Source: Aeromicrobium sp.
GTDB lineage: Bacteria > Actinomycetota > Actinomycetes > Propionibacteriales > Nocardioidaceae
Assembly (NCBI RefSeq): GCF_049586495.1
Contig: NZ_JBAVCB010000126.1
Location: 1 to 47,421 of the forward strand
Direction: 5' to 3'
Length of the DNA: 47,421 bases
Below the pieces are notes generated by a model, which worked only from the letters and a program-made list of their open reading frames with translations, did no database searches and was not told where the DNA came from. Positions 20,727 to 30,988 of this stretch are shown here, in pieces; position 1 is the first letter of the stretch, and every line of letters starts with the position of its first letter. The position numbers and the translations under genes were made by a program.

Positions 20727-23519
20727 GTGAGTGAGTCTGCGCCGGTGAGCCTCTGGCTCGACGATCCGCCGACCGTCGGCGCAGTGCTGGTCACCCACAA
20801 CGGCGCCACGTGGCTGCCCAAGGTCCTGGCCTCGCTCTCTGCGATGTCTCACGCCCCAGACGTGTGGCGTGCCGTGGACGTGGCGTCGGCCGACGGCAGC
20901 GCTGAGCTGGTCCGTGATTCTTTCGGCGCCGACCGCGTCGTCCGCGCTCCGAGGGGGACTGGCTTCGGCGACGCTGTCCGCCTCGGGCTCGAAGCGATGC
21001 CGCGCACCGACTGGATCTGGTTGCTGCACGACGACAGCTCGGTGCTTCCGGGCACGTTGTCGGGACTGCTCGACATCGCGACGTCCGCACCCGACATCGC
21101 GATCGTCGGTCCCAAGATTCGCGAATGGCCGTCCCTTCGCCGCTTGCTCGAGGTGGGCCTGACCATCACGGGGACCGGTGGACGCGAAACCGGTCTTGAG
21201 GCTGGTGAGCCTGATGCTGGGCAGCACGATCGGCCGCGCACCGTGCTGGCCGTCAACACCGCCGGCATGCTGATCCGTCGTGACGTCTGGGATGAGCTCG
21301 ACGGCCTCGATCGCCAGCTGCCGCTGTACTTCGACGACATCGACATCGGATGGCGCGCGGCGCGCGCGGGGTACCGCACCATGACAGCGCCGTCAGCCGT
21401 CATCTTCCACGCGGAGGCCTCCACGCATGGCGTGCGCCGTGCCATGTCCGGCGACCGGCCCCTGTGGGAGCGACGCCGTGCCGGGCTGTTCGTCCAGCTG
21501 GCCAACACGGGTCGAGTCATGTTCGTGTGGCAGTACGTGCGGTTGTTGTGTGGTTCGGTGATCCGCGTTCTCGGCTTGCTGATCGCCAAGGACCCCGAGG
21601 CCGCTGGCGACGAGCTGCTGGCTGTGCGCTCGGTCTACGCCCACCCGTTGCGGCTGCTGCGTGCGCGCAAGGCCCGCCTGCGCACGGCCCGTCGCACCAA
21701 CCGGGCCGTGGGCGGACTGTTCGCGCCCGCGTGGCTGCCATACCAGCACGGATTCGATGCGGCGCGGGAGGCATTTGTCGCCATCGTCAACCCCGAGACC
21801 ATCGAGACGGTCGGCCGTCGCTCGTCGCTGGAGCACACGCCCGACCATGTCGAGGATCTCGACGAAGGCCCTCCGCTCCTGCAGCGTCGCCCGTGGCTCG
21901 TCACGATCATCGCGCTGTCGGTCCTGTCCTTGGTGGCCTCACGCACGTTGCTGGGTGGCATCTTCGGAGGAGGCCTGTCCGGGGGTGCTCTGCTGCGGGC
22001 GCCTGACACGGCCGGTGGATGGTGGTCCTTGCTGATCGGCGGCGATCGCGGTGTCGGCTTCGCGGCCGATGCGTGGGGGCCGCTGTTCGCCTTGCCCCTC
22101 GCGGTGGTGGCGACGCCGATCTGGTTCCGTCCCGACCTGGTTGTCACTGCGGTGTTGATCTTCGCCGTCCCTCTCGCAGGCGTGGCAGCCCACCGCCTGG
22201 GCCGGCGGCTCAGCCCGCACCGCGGGCACCGCATCGTGTGGGCGCTCACCTACGCAGCAGCCGTCGCCGCAGTGGGTGCCGTCCCCCAAGGCCGCTTCGG
22301 CACCGTCGTCGCGTTGATCGTGACGCCGATCGTCGTGAACCTCGGCCTGCAGCTGGCCGAGCTGCCGCGATGGCAGACGGCCCTGCGCCTGGGCATCTGG
22401 ATCGCGCTCGGCGCGGCCTTCGCGCCGGTTCTGCTGCCCATGGCGCTGCTCGGTCTTGCGTTGCTGTGGTTCCTCGAGGGCCGTTGGGTCAGCCATCAGC
22501 TGGTGGTGGCGGTCCTCACTCCGCTGGTGCTGCTCGGACCGTGGCTGATCGATCGCGCCGCGGTGCCATGGCGCTGGTGGTGGGAGGCCGGACGCCCGCT
22601 GCCGGGCACGGAGTCCCTGCTCGACATCGTCGCTGGCCGCGCTGGCGGACTGCAGGCTCCGTGGTGGCTCAGCGTGCCCGTCCTCGTGCTGGCTGTCGTG
22701 GCCCTCGTGCCACGTCACACCCGGGCCTCGGTCTCCGTGGCGTGGAGATGTGGCCTGATCGCGCTGGCCGTGGCCCTGCTGGGTCACGTCGTGTCGTTCG
22801 AGGCGTCAGCCGGCCGAGTCGACCTGGCGCCGTGGGTGGCGGTGCCCAGCGTGATCTGGCTGGCCGCTCTCGCCACGGCGGCGCTGATGGCAGCGCCCGC
22901 GCTGCAAAGGATTGACCGGCGCGTGGCCATCGCGGCACTGGCTGCGGCCGCCGTGATGCCACTCGGGGTTGGTGGCTGGTGGCTGGCTGGTGGCGTCGAT
23001 GGACCCGTTGATCCGAGCTCGGACCTGGCGGTGCCGGCCTTCCTTGCCGATCGACCCGGCCTGACCTTGATCATCACCGGCAGCACGACCGACGGCGTCA
23101 CCTATCGCACGGTCGCCGGGCCCGGTCCCTTCCTGGGCCAGGAAGCTTTCGAGCCCAGCGCGTCCGCGTCGAAGGATGTCACCGAAGCCGTGCAGCACCT
23201 GCTCGGTCGGGGCACAGACGCCGACATCACGACCTTGGCTGCGGCCGGTGTCGACGCCATCTACGCACCCGAGGTCGAGGCAGAACTGGCGCGCCGCATC
23301 GATTCCGTGCCGCGGCTCGAGCAGTCCGGCAGTGACGATCCACGATCCCGAGTGTGGACGCTGAGCTCTGAGCCCACGCTTCGGGACGGACGGGTGCCCG
23401 CATGGCGGCGTGTCGTCGCGGGTGGTCTGGTGATCGTGTGGGTCATGGCGGTGCTGCTCACCACGCCGGTGCGCCGTCGCCGCGCGGACGTGGTCGATGC
23501 GAAGGAGATGGCCTCATGA
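20727..23519 (+). CDS. GT2 glycosyltransferase fused to large multi-TM domain
   Basis: VLVTHNG, WIWLLHDDS, GPKIR, DDIDIGWRA, then more than 10 TM segments. TAGGCT 6 nt upstream of GTG. Confidence 0.88.
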   Translation: MSESAPVSLWLDDPPTVGAVLVTHNGATWLPKVLASLSAMSHAPDVWRAVDVASADGSAELVRDSFGADRVVRAPRGTGFGDAVRLGLEAMPRTDWIWLLHDDSSVLPGTLSGLLDIATSAPDIAIVGPKIREWPSLRRLLEVGLTITGTGGRETGLEAGEPDAGQHDRPRTVLAVNTAGMLIRRDVWDELDGLDRQLPLYFDDIDIGWRAARAGYRTMTAPSAVIFHAEASTHGVRRAMSGDRPLWERRRAGLFVQLANTGRVMFVWQYVRLLCGSVIRVLGLLIAKDPEAAGDELLAVRSVYAHPLRLLRARKARLRTARRTNRAVGGLFAPAWLPYQHGFDAAREAFVAIVNPETIETVGRRSSLEHTPDHVEDLDEGPPLLQRRPWLVTIIALSVLSLVASRTLLGGIFGGGLSGGALLRAPDTAGGWWSLLIGGDRGVGFAADAWGPLFALPLAVVATPIWFRPDLVVTAVLIFAVPLAGVAAHRLGRRLSPHRGHRIVWALTYAAAVAAVGAVPQGRFGTVVALIVTPIVVNLGLQLAELPRWQTALRLGIWIALGAAFAPVLLPMALLGLALLWFLEGRWVSHQLVVAVLTPLVLLGPWLIDRAAVPWRWWWEAGRPLPGTESLLDIVAGRAGGLQAPWWLSVPVLVLAVVALVPRHTRASVSVAWRCGLIALAVALLGHVVSFEASAGRVDLAPWVAVPSVIWLAALATAALMAAPALQRIDRRVAIAALAAAAVMPLGVGGWWLAGGVDGPVDPSSDLAVPAFLADRPGLTLIITGSTTDGVTYRTVAGPGPFLGQEAFEPSASASKDVTEAVQHLLGRGTDADITTLAAAGVDAIYAPEVEAELARRIDSVPRLEQSGSDDPRSRVWTLSSEPTLRDGRVPAWRRVVAGGLVIVWVMAVLLTTPVRRRRADVVDAKEMAS

Positions 23520-24898
23520 GGAGTCGACGGCGGGCGCATCGTTCGTGGAGAGCTGCGATGCTCCCACTGGCCGCTGCCGGCGCCGTGGCAGCGGTGTCCT
23601 GGGTGCCGACCGACTCTGCGGAGTCGACCCTGCCCCGCCTGGTCGATGTGGTCCAGACCTCCTACGCGTGCCCCGCCGCATCGTCGATCACCAACGCCAT
23701 CGGGCAGGTGCGGGCAGGTGAGGAGCGATTGGTGCAGCTGTCGCCCGACGGCACCTCGAGCACCGAGCTGGCAGACCCGCAGGCCTGGTCCACCGCAGCA
23801 ATCGATGCCGCTGCCCTCATCGTGACCGAGACGGGCCGCAACGTCGGAGCGAGCGGATTCTTCGCCAGCATCTCGTCGGCGAAGGGCGGCGGTGGGCTGG
23901 TGGTCGGACCGTGCCCCGGCGTGGTCGACGACGCGTGGTTCCTGGGCGCGGGCTCTGGCAAGCGGCACTTCTCCACGCTCCTGCTGACCAACCTTTCCTC
24001 GACCCCGGCTGTGGCCGACATCAAGCTGTGGGGCCCCGACGGTCCCGTCGATGCCGTTGACGCCACCGGAATCACGGTCGATCCGTACGCGGTTCGCCGC
24101 GTGCCCCTGGCTGATCTGGCGGCCGGTGAGTCGGCACTGGCCATCGAAGTCGTGCGCACCCGAGGATCGATGTCGGCGGCGCTCAAGGACAGCTTCACGT
24201 CCACCTTCGCGGGCACCGAGCCGATTGGCGCCACCCGGGCACCGAGCCGCGACCAGTACGTCGGGGGGGTCGTCGGGGGTGCTCGCGGCAAGACTCTGCT
24301 GCTGCTCAATCCCGGCGAGAGCACGGCGCGCGTCGACGTCGAGGTCGTCGCCGAAGGCGGCACCTTCGCGGGGCAGGATCTGCAGGGCATCAAGGTCGAT
24401 CCGGGTCAGTACCGCGAAGTGCGTGTCCCCACCGCCGTCGGCGCGGGACCGCAGGCCTTTCATGTCGTGAGCGACCAGCCGATGGCGGCGTCGGTCCGCA
24501 TCAGCTCCACGACCAAGGACTTCTCCATTGCCGAGGGAACTGAACCTCTCGACGGGGAGGCCATCGTTCCGGTCGCCATCGGCAGGGGCATCGCCGCGCC
24601 CCGGTTGATCGTGTCGGCGCCGCGCCGGGCGGCGTCGGTCGACGTCGAGATCTTCGACGCCTCGATGTCCTCGTTGGGGTCGTCCTCGATCGACATCAAC
24701 GGCGGCACCACGGTGCAGGTCAAGACGATCGACGCACAGGAGCCGTATGCCGACGACGCGGCTTATGTCGTGGTCCGAGCCAGCGGCGACGTGATCGCCG
24801 CAGCGCAGTACGCCAAGGGCGATGGCGTGAGCTCGCTGGCCCTACGAGCCGCACCTGTCAAGATGTCGGCCCCGGCGGTACGTCGAGCCGACGGCTAG
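23516..24898 (+). CDS. DUF5719 family exported protein
   Basis: Signal/anchor, paired Cys, WFLGAG..LLLTN..AVADI and a repeated LLLLNPG..ARVDV beta module. ATGA overlap with GT2. Confidence 0.75.
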   Translation: MRSRRRAHRSWRAAMLPLAAAGAVAAVSWVPTDSAESTLPRLVDVVQTSYACPAASSITNAIGQVRAGEERLVQLSPDGTSSTELADPQAWSTAAIDAAALIVTETGRNVGASGFFASISSAKGGGGLVVGPCPGVVDDAWFLGAGSGKRHFSTLLLTNLSSTPAVADIKLWGPDGPVDAVDATGITVDPYAVRRVPLADLAAGESALAIEVVRTRGSMSAALKDSFTSTFAGTEPIGATRAPSRDQYVGGVVGGARGKTLLLLNPGESTARVDVEVVAEGGTFAGQDLQGIKVDPGQYREVRVPTAVGAGPQAFHVVSDQPMAASVRISSTTKDFSIAEGTEPLDGEAIVPVAIGRGIAAPRLIVSAPRRAASVDVEIFDASMSSLGSSSIDINGGTTVQVKTIDAQEPYADDAAYVVVRASGDVIAAAQYAKGDGVSSLALRAAPVKMSAPAVRRADG

Positions 24899-25347
24899 CG
24901 GGGGTCGAGGTCGTCCGGGTTGACCTGCCACACGGACGCGAGCTGCTCCAGCAGCACGGCCCAGGTCATCTCCTCCAGATCGCGTCGTGATCCACATCGC
25001 TGCACGATCGGCAGGCGGAACACCACGACCCGGGTGGTGCCATCAACGTGCGTCACGACGCTGGCTGGAACTTCGTCGGCCCACTCCGGCGGAAGCCTGG
25101 GCGCCTCCTCGACCACGACCTCGACGGGATCGGGCTCAGCACGAAAGGCCGGTCCGAGCGCGGTGACGACGGCCCTGACCACGGCATCGAACTGCTCGCG
25201 AGGAGACTGCTGGGACCGGATGCCGTGCGGCGTCAGGGGGCCGGGCAAGGCGACCGGACCCCGGCGACCGCGACCGCGGCGATCGCGCATCCGACCGGTG
25301 CGTGGGCCGGTGACGACCCCGTTCCATCGCCCCGTTTCGCCATCCAT
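24895..25347 (-). CDS. Zincin-like (DUF1025/Rv3259-like) protein lacking HExxH
   Basis: RDRRGRGRRGP N-terminus, VEEAP, VVVFRLPI, EQLA..PDDLDP. Position divergent from DUF3499. Confidence 0.78.
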   Translation of the reverse strand: MDGETGRWNGVVTGPRTGRMRDRRGRGRRGPVALPGPLTPHGIRSQQSPREQFDAVVRAVVTALGPAFRAEPDPVEVVVEEAPRLPPEWADEVPASVVTHVDGTTRVVVFRLPIVQRCGSRRDLEEMTWAVLLEQLASVWQVNPDDLDPR

Positions 25348-25353
25348 GCGGTG

Positions 25354-25389
25354 AGCCTACTGCCGCGCGGTCACGTCTTGGTCTACCCT
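25354..25389. promoter_or_regulatory. Back-to-back divergent -10 elements (TAGGCT on minus, TACCCT on plus)
   Basis: Each lies 6 nt upstream of its start codon (25347 minus, 25396 plus). Confidence 0.55.
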
Positions 25390-25395
25390 CACCAC

Positions 25396-25728
25396 GTGGG
25401 TGAGGCGAGACGGTGCACGCGATCGGGGTGCTCCCAGCGAGCGGTGGCGACGTTGACGTATGTCTACGCCGACCAGACCGCTGTGCTCGGTCCGCTGGCC
25501 ACCTACGCCGAACCGCACACCTACGACCTCTGCGGCGATCACACGCAGCGCATGTCGGCACCCCAGGGGTGGAACGTCCTGCGCCTGGCACCAGATCCCG
25601 CGGCAGCCGAACCCACCCACGACGATCTGCTGGCTCTGGCCGACGCGGTGCGGGAGGCCGGCCGCACCGCGCCTCTCGTGCCGACCGGTGAACGACCCAT
25701 GCTGCGCGTGGTTCGAGGGGATGGATGA
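25396..25728 (+). CDS. DUF3499 family protein (Rv3258c-like)
   Basis: RRCTRSGC..AVATLTYVYADQTAVLGPLA..EPHTYDLCGDH..DDLLALADAVREAG. Confidence 0.9.
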   Translation: MGEARRCTRSGCSQRAVATLTYVYADQTAVLGPLATYAEPHTYDLCGDHTQRMSAPQGWNVLRLAPDPAAAEPTHDDLLALADAVREAGRTAPLVPTGERPMLRVVRGDG

Positions 25729-27089
25729 TCAGTCCCCGGCTGTCGGAGATCGTCAAGGCCTACGACGTGCGAGGGCTTTCGCCCGAACAGCTTGATCCTC
25801 GGGTCGCGCGAGCCCTGGGTGAGGCATTCGCCGACGAGGTCGGGGTCAGCGGCACTGGCTCGGTCGTCATCGGCCACGACATGCGATCCACGTCGCCGGG
25901 GCTCGTGGCGGCGTTCTCCGACGGGGTGCGCTCCCGCGGCGCCGACGTCATCGAGATCGGTCTGGCGTCCACCGACCTGCTCTACTTCATGTCCGGCGAT
26001 CTGGACGTGCCGGGCGTCATGATCACGGCCAGTCACAATCCTGCCGAGTACAACGGCATCAAGCTGTGCCGGGCCGGCGCCAAGCCGATCGGCTTCGACA
26101 CCGGGCTGTCAGCCATCGCGGTCGCCGCCTCCAAGCTGCTCGAGCGCGTCGCCCCGGACCCTCCCGTGCTCGGCGCCATCGAGTCACGCGACGGGCTGTC
26201 CCGGTATGCGGAGTACCTGCACCAGATCGTGCCAATCCGAGCCGGTCGACGGCTGTCGGTCGTGGCGGATGCCGGCAACGGCATGGCGGGCCACACCGTG
26301 CCCTCGGTGTTCGCGAGCCTCGACGTCGATCTGGATCCGATGTACTTCGAGCTTGACGGCACCTTCCCGCATCACGACGCCAATCCGCTCGATCACTCCA
26401 CGTTGGTCGACCTGCAGAGCCGCGTGCTCTCCACCGGCGCCGACCTCGGACTGGCCTTCGACGGTGACGCGGATCGCTGCTTCGTGGTCGACGAGCTCGG
26501 CCAGGTGGTGTCGCCCTCGGCAATCACCGGACTGATCGCCGCGCGAGCCCTCGCCGACCACCCAGGCGCCACCATCTTGCACAACGTCATCTGTTCGCGC
26601 GCCGTCTCCGAGGTCGTGGCAGAGCATGGCGGTACTGCGGTGCGCACGCCGGTGGGACACTCCCTGATCAAGGCCGAGATGGCGCGCACCGGCGCCGTGT
26701 TCGGCGGCGAGCACTCCGGGCACTTCTACTTCAAGGACTTCTTCCTCGCCGACTCCGGCATGATCGCCGCCCTGCACGTCATGGCCGCCCTGTGTGAGAC
26801 CGACGGGACCATTAGCGAGATGATGGCTGCGTACGACCGATATCCGGCGTCGGGCGAGATCAACAGCACGGTGCACGACGCGGTCGGAACCCTGGCGAAG
26901 CTGGCCGACCACTATCGAGCGCGGCCGATCGATCGCCTCGACGGGCTCACCGTCACAGCGGACACGTGGTGGTTCAACGTCCGCTCGTCCAACACCGAAC
27001 CCCTGTTGCGCCTCAACGTGGAGGCCGACGACCAGCCCACGATGGAACGCGTCCGCGATGAGGTTCTCGGCTTGATCCGCGGTGACTAG
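25725..27089 (+). CDS. manB: Phosphomannomutase/phosphoglucomutase
   Basis: KAYDVRG, TASHNP (catalytic Ser), FDGDADR, GGEHSGH, RSSNTEP. Confidence 0.92.
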   Translation: MISPRLSEIVKAYDVRGLSPEQLDPRVARALGEAFADEVGVSGTGSVVIGHDMRSTSPGLVAAFSDGVRSRGADVIEIGLASTDLLYFMSGDLDVPGVMITASHNPAEYNGIKLCRAGAKPIGFDTGLSAIAVAASKLLERVAPDPPVLGAIESRDGLSRYAEYLHQIVPIRAGRRLSVVADAGNGMAGHTVPSVFASLDVDLDPMYFELDGTFPHHDANPLDHSTLVDLQSRVLSTGADLGLAFDGDADRCFVVDELGQVVSPSAITGLIAARALADHPGATILHNVICSRAVSEVVAEHGGTAVRTPVGHSLIKAEMARTGAVFGGEHSGHFYFKDFFLADSGMIAALHVMAALCETDGTISEMMAAYDRYPASGEINSTVHDAVGTLAKLADHYRARPIDRLDGLTVTADTWWFNVRSSNTEPLLRLNVEADDQPTMERVRDEVLGLIRGD

Positions 27090-27099
27090 GATGAACGGC

Positions 27100-27270
27100 A
27101 TGAACCTTGACCCGGCCCTCCTGGAGATCCTCGTGTGTCCGCAGTGCCGAGCCACGCTTGCGGTCGACGACGACGCATCGGAGCTGGTGTGCAGCGCGTG
27201 TGCCCTGGCTTACCCGGTGCGCGGCGACATTCCCGTGATGCTGGTCGACGAGGCCCGCACCCTCGGCTGA
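27100..27270 (+). CDS. Trm112/YcaR family protein
   Basis: [36 protein letters not shown]. Alternative start 27091. Confidence 0.9.
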   Translation: MNLDPALLEILVCPQCRATLAVDDDASELVCSACALAYPVRGDIPVMLVDEARTLG

Positions 27271-27311
27271 CGTCACACCCTTTCGATTCGCACCCGCATG
27301 AAGCCCCCCGG

Positions 27312-27317
27312 TACAGT
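27312..27317 (+). promoter_or_regulatory. -10 element (TACAGT) of probably leaderless ahcY transcript
   Basis: 7 nt upstream of ATG 27325, with no SD sequence. Confidence 0.6.
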
Positions 27318-27324
27318 GGATTCC

Positions 27325-28752
<1,428 letters not shown>

Positions 28753-28758
28753 GCCACC

Positions 28759-29454
28759 ATGAGCTATCGCAGCAAGCGCGACCGCGTCCTCGTCGTCGAC
28801 GATGACGCCTCGCTGGCCGAGATGATGACCATCGTCCTGGCCGGCGAGGGGTTGACCACCTCGGTGTGCCGATCAGGTGACCAGGTCATGGCCGAGTTCA
28901 CCGCGTTCCGACCCGATGTCGTGCTGCTGGACCTGATGTTGCCCGGACTCGACGGCATGAGCGTGTGTCGTCAGATCCGGGCGACCTCGGCGGTCCCGAT
29001 CATCATGCTCACGGCCAAGGCCGACACACCTGATGTCGTGGCTGGCCTCGAGGCCGGGGCCGACGACTACATCACCAAGCCTTTCAAGAACACCGAGCTG
29101 GTGGCTCGCATCCGAGCACGCCTACGGCGCGCCGACGCGCTTGCCGAGACCCTCGAGTTCGGCGAGATCGTGCTGGATCCAGCGGGCCACACCGTCACGC
29201 GCAACGGCGAGTCCCTCGATCTGACACCGCTGGAGTTCGATCTGCTGGCGTGCCTCCTGAGCGACCCCAGCCAGGTGTTCACCCGTGAGGTGCTGCTGCA
29301 GAAGGTGTGGGGCTATCACCACCCGGGCGACACCAAGCTGGTCAATGTGCACATGACCCGTCTGCGCTCCAAGATCGAGGACGACGCTGACGACCCACAG
29401 ATCATCCGCACCGTGCGCGGCGTCGGGTATCAGGCCATAGCGCCCTCACCGTGA
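28759..29454 (+). CDS. mtrA: OmpR-family response regulator MtrA
   Basis: VVDDD, LLDLMLP, MLTAK, GADDYITKPF, LTPLEFDLL, DTKLVNVH..RLRSKIE. Synteny ahcY-mtrA-mtrB-lpqB. Confidence 0.9.
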   Translation: MSYRSKRDRVLVVDDDASLAEMMTIVLAGEGLTTSVCRSGDQVMAEFTAFRPDVVLLDLMLPGLDGMSVCRQIRATSAVPIIMLTAKADTPDVVAGLEAGADDYITKPFKNTELVARIRARLRRADALAETLEFGEIVLDPAGHTVTRNGESLDLTPLEFDLLACLLSDPSQVFTREVLLQKVWGYHHPGDTKLVNVHMTRLRSKIEDDADDPQIIRTVRGVGYQAIAPSP

Positions 29455-29464
29455 GCAGCGGGTC

Positions 29465-30988
29465 ATGAGGGGGCTGTGGCGCCGGTCCCTGCAGACCCGG
29501 GTCGTCACCAGCACGATCGTCCTGAGCGCCCTGGCGATCGGATTCACTGGATGGGCGCTGCTGCGCGACGTGGCGTCGGAACTGGCCGAGAGCCGCCGCG
29601 ACGTCGCCGTCGCCGAAGCGAAATCGGGCTTCCAGTACGCGCAGGACCAGCTCGACTCGGCGGTCGACACCGAGGCGGCACCGCAGTCCGAAGCCCTGAC
29701 CCAGATGGTCGACTCCCTCACCGCGGCCAGAGGCACCACGCGCACCTACGAGCTGTTGCTGAAGGGCCCGTTGTCCAGTGACGATGCGCTCGGGCCGGTG
29801 CGCTCGTCGTCGGCGGTCTCGGCCACCACCTTGCCGACCGCACTGGTCGATCGGGTGCAGACCCGAGACGGCACCTATTGGCAGTTCTCCGACCTGTCAC
29901 TGAGCGACACCTCTGACCGCGAGCCCGTCGTCGTCGTGGGACGTCAGCTCCGCGCGCCCGGCACCGGCGACACCTACGCGCTGTTCTACCTGTTCTCCAT
30001 GCAGGATCAGCAGTCGACGCTCACCTTGATGCGCAACGCCCTGCTACTCGGTGGGTTGTCGATGGTGCTGATGGTGGGTGGCGTCGCGTGGCTGGTGTCA
30101 CGCCAGGTGCTCGACCCGGTCCGGCTGGCCCGTCGGATCGCCGAGCGCTTCGCCAGCGGCAACCTGGAACAGCGCATGCACGTGCGCGGCGAAGATGACA
30201 TCGCACGACTGAGCACGTCGTTCAACCAGATGGCCACCAATCTGCAGAGCCAGATCCGTCGACTCGAGAACCTGTCGCGGCTGCAACAACGATTCGTGTC
30301 TGACGTGTCCCACGAACTGCGCACCCCGCTGACCACGGTGCAGATGGCCAGTGAGGTGTTGTTCGACGCCCGCACGGCCTTCGACCCGCAGACCGCCAGA
30401 TCTGCCGAGCTGCTCAAGGGGGAGCTCGACCGCTTCGAGTCGCTGCTGTCCGATCTGCTCGACCTCAGCCGATTCGATGCGGGCGCAGCGCAGCTCGAAC
30501 TGGAGACCGTGGACCTGGCCGAGGTGGCTCGCAGCTGCGCCGACGATCCGATGCTGCAGCGCGCCGGCATCGAGGTGATGGTCGAGGACGGCGGCGTGGC
30601 GGCACCAGTGCTGGCTGATCCGCGCCGCATCGACCGGATCGTGCGCAATCTGCTCGCCAATGCCGCGAAGTACAGCAAGTCGGCCACGGTGTCGGTGACG
30701 GTCGCGCAGAACGACAGCGGCGCCTCGTTGTCGGTGCGAGATTTCGGTGTCGGCCTCGACAGTGATGAGACTCAGCGCGTCTTCGACCGCTTCTGGCGGG
30801 CCGATCCTGCTCGCGTGCAGGGCGGCACCGGGCTCGGGCTGCCGATCGCCCGTGAAGACGCCGCCCTGCACGGCGGCACCCTGCAGGTGTGGGGGCAGCT
30901 GGGGCAGGGGACCGAATTCATCTTGACGATCCCCAAGCACATGGGCGAGACCTCGGTGCCCGCCCTCGTCTCGGAGCTGGCGCCATGA
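29465..30988 (+). CDS. mtrB: Sensor histidine kinase MtrB
   Basis: Two TMs, HAMP, QQRFVSDVSHELRTPLTT, NLLANA, FDRFWRADPAR, GGTGLGL. Confidence 0.92.
   Translation: MRGLWRRSLQTRVVTSTIVLSALAIGFTGWALLRDVASELAESRRDVAVAEAKSGFQYAQDQLDSAVDTEAAPQSEALTQMVDSLTAARGTTRTYELLLKGPLSSDDALGPVRSSSAVSATTLPTALVDRVQTRDGTYWQFSDLSLSDTSDREPVVVVGRQLRAPGTGDTYALFYLFSMQDQQSTLTLMRNALLLGGLSMVLMVGGVAWLVSRQVLDPVRLARRIAERFASGNLEQRMHVRGEDDIARLSTSFNQMATNLQSQIRRLENLSRLQQRFVSDVSHELRTPLTTVQMASEVLFDARTAFDPQTARSAELLKGELDRFESLLSDLLDLSRFDAGAAQLELETVDLAEVARSCADDPMLQRAGIEVMVEDGGVAAPVLADPRRIDRIVRNLLANAAKYSKSATVSVTVAQNDSGASLSVRDFGVGLDSDETQRVFDRFWRADPARVQGGTGLGLPIAREDAALHGGTLQVWGQLGQGTEFILTIPKHMGETSVPALVSELAP

Noticed and set aside
27271..27324. 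SAH riboswitch upstream of ahcY
   Set aside because: The gap is only 54 bp and a -10 box sits 7 nt from the ATG, leaving no leader to hold a riboswitch.
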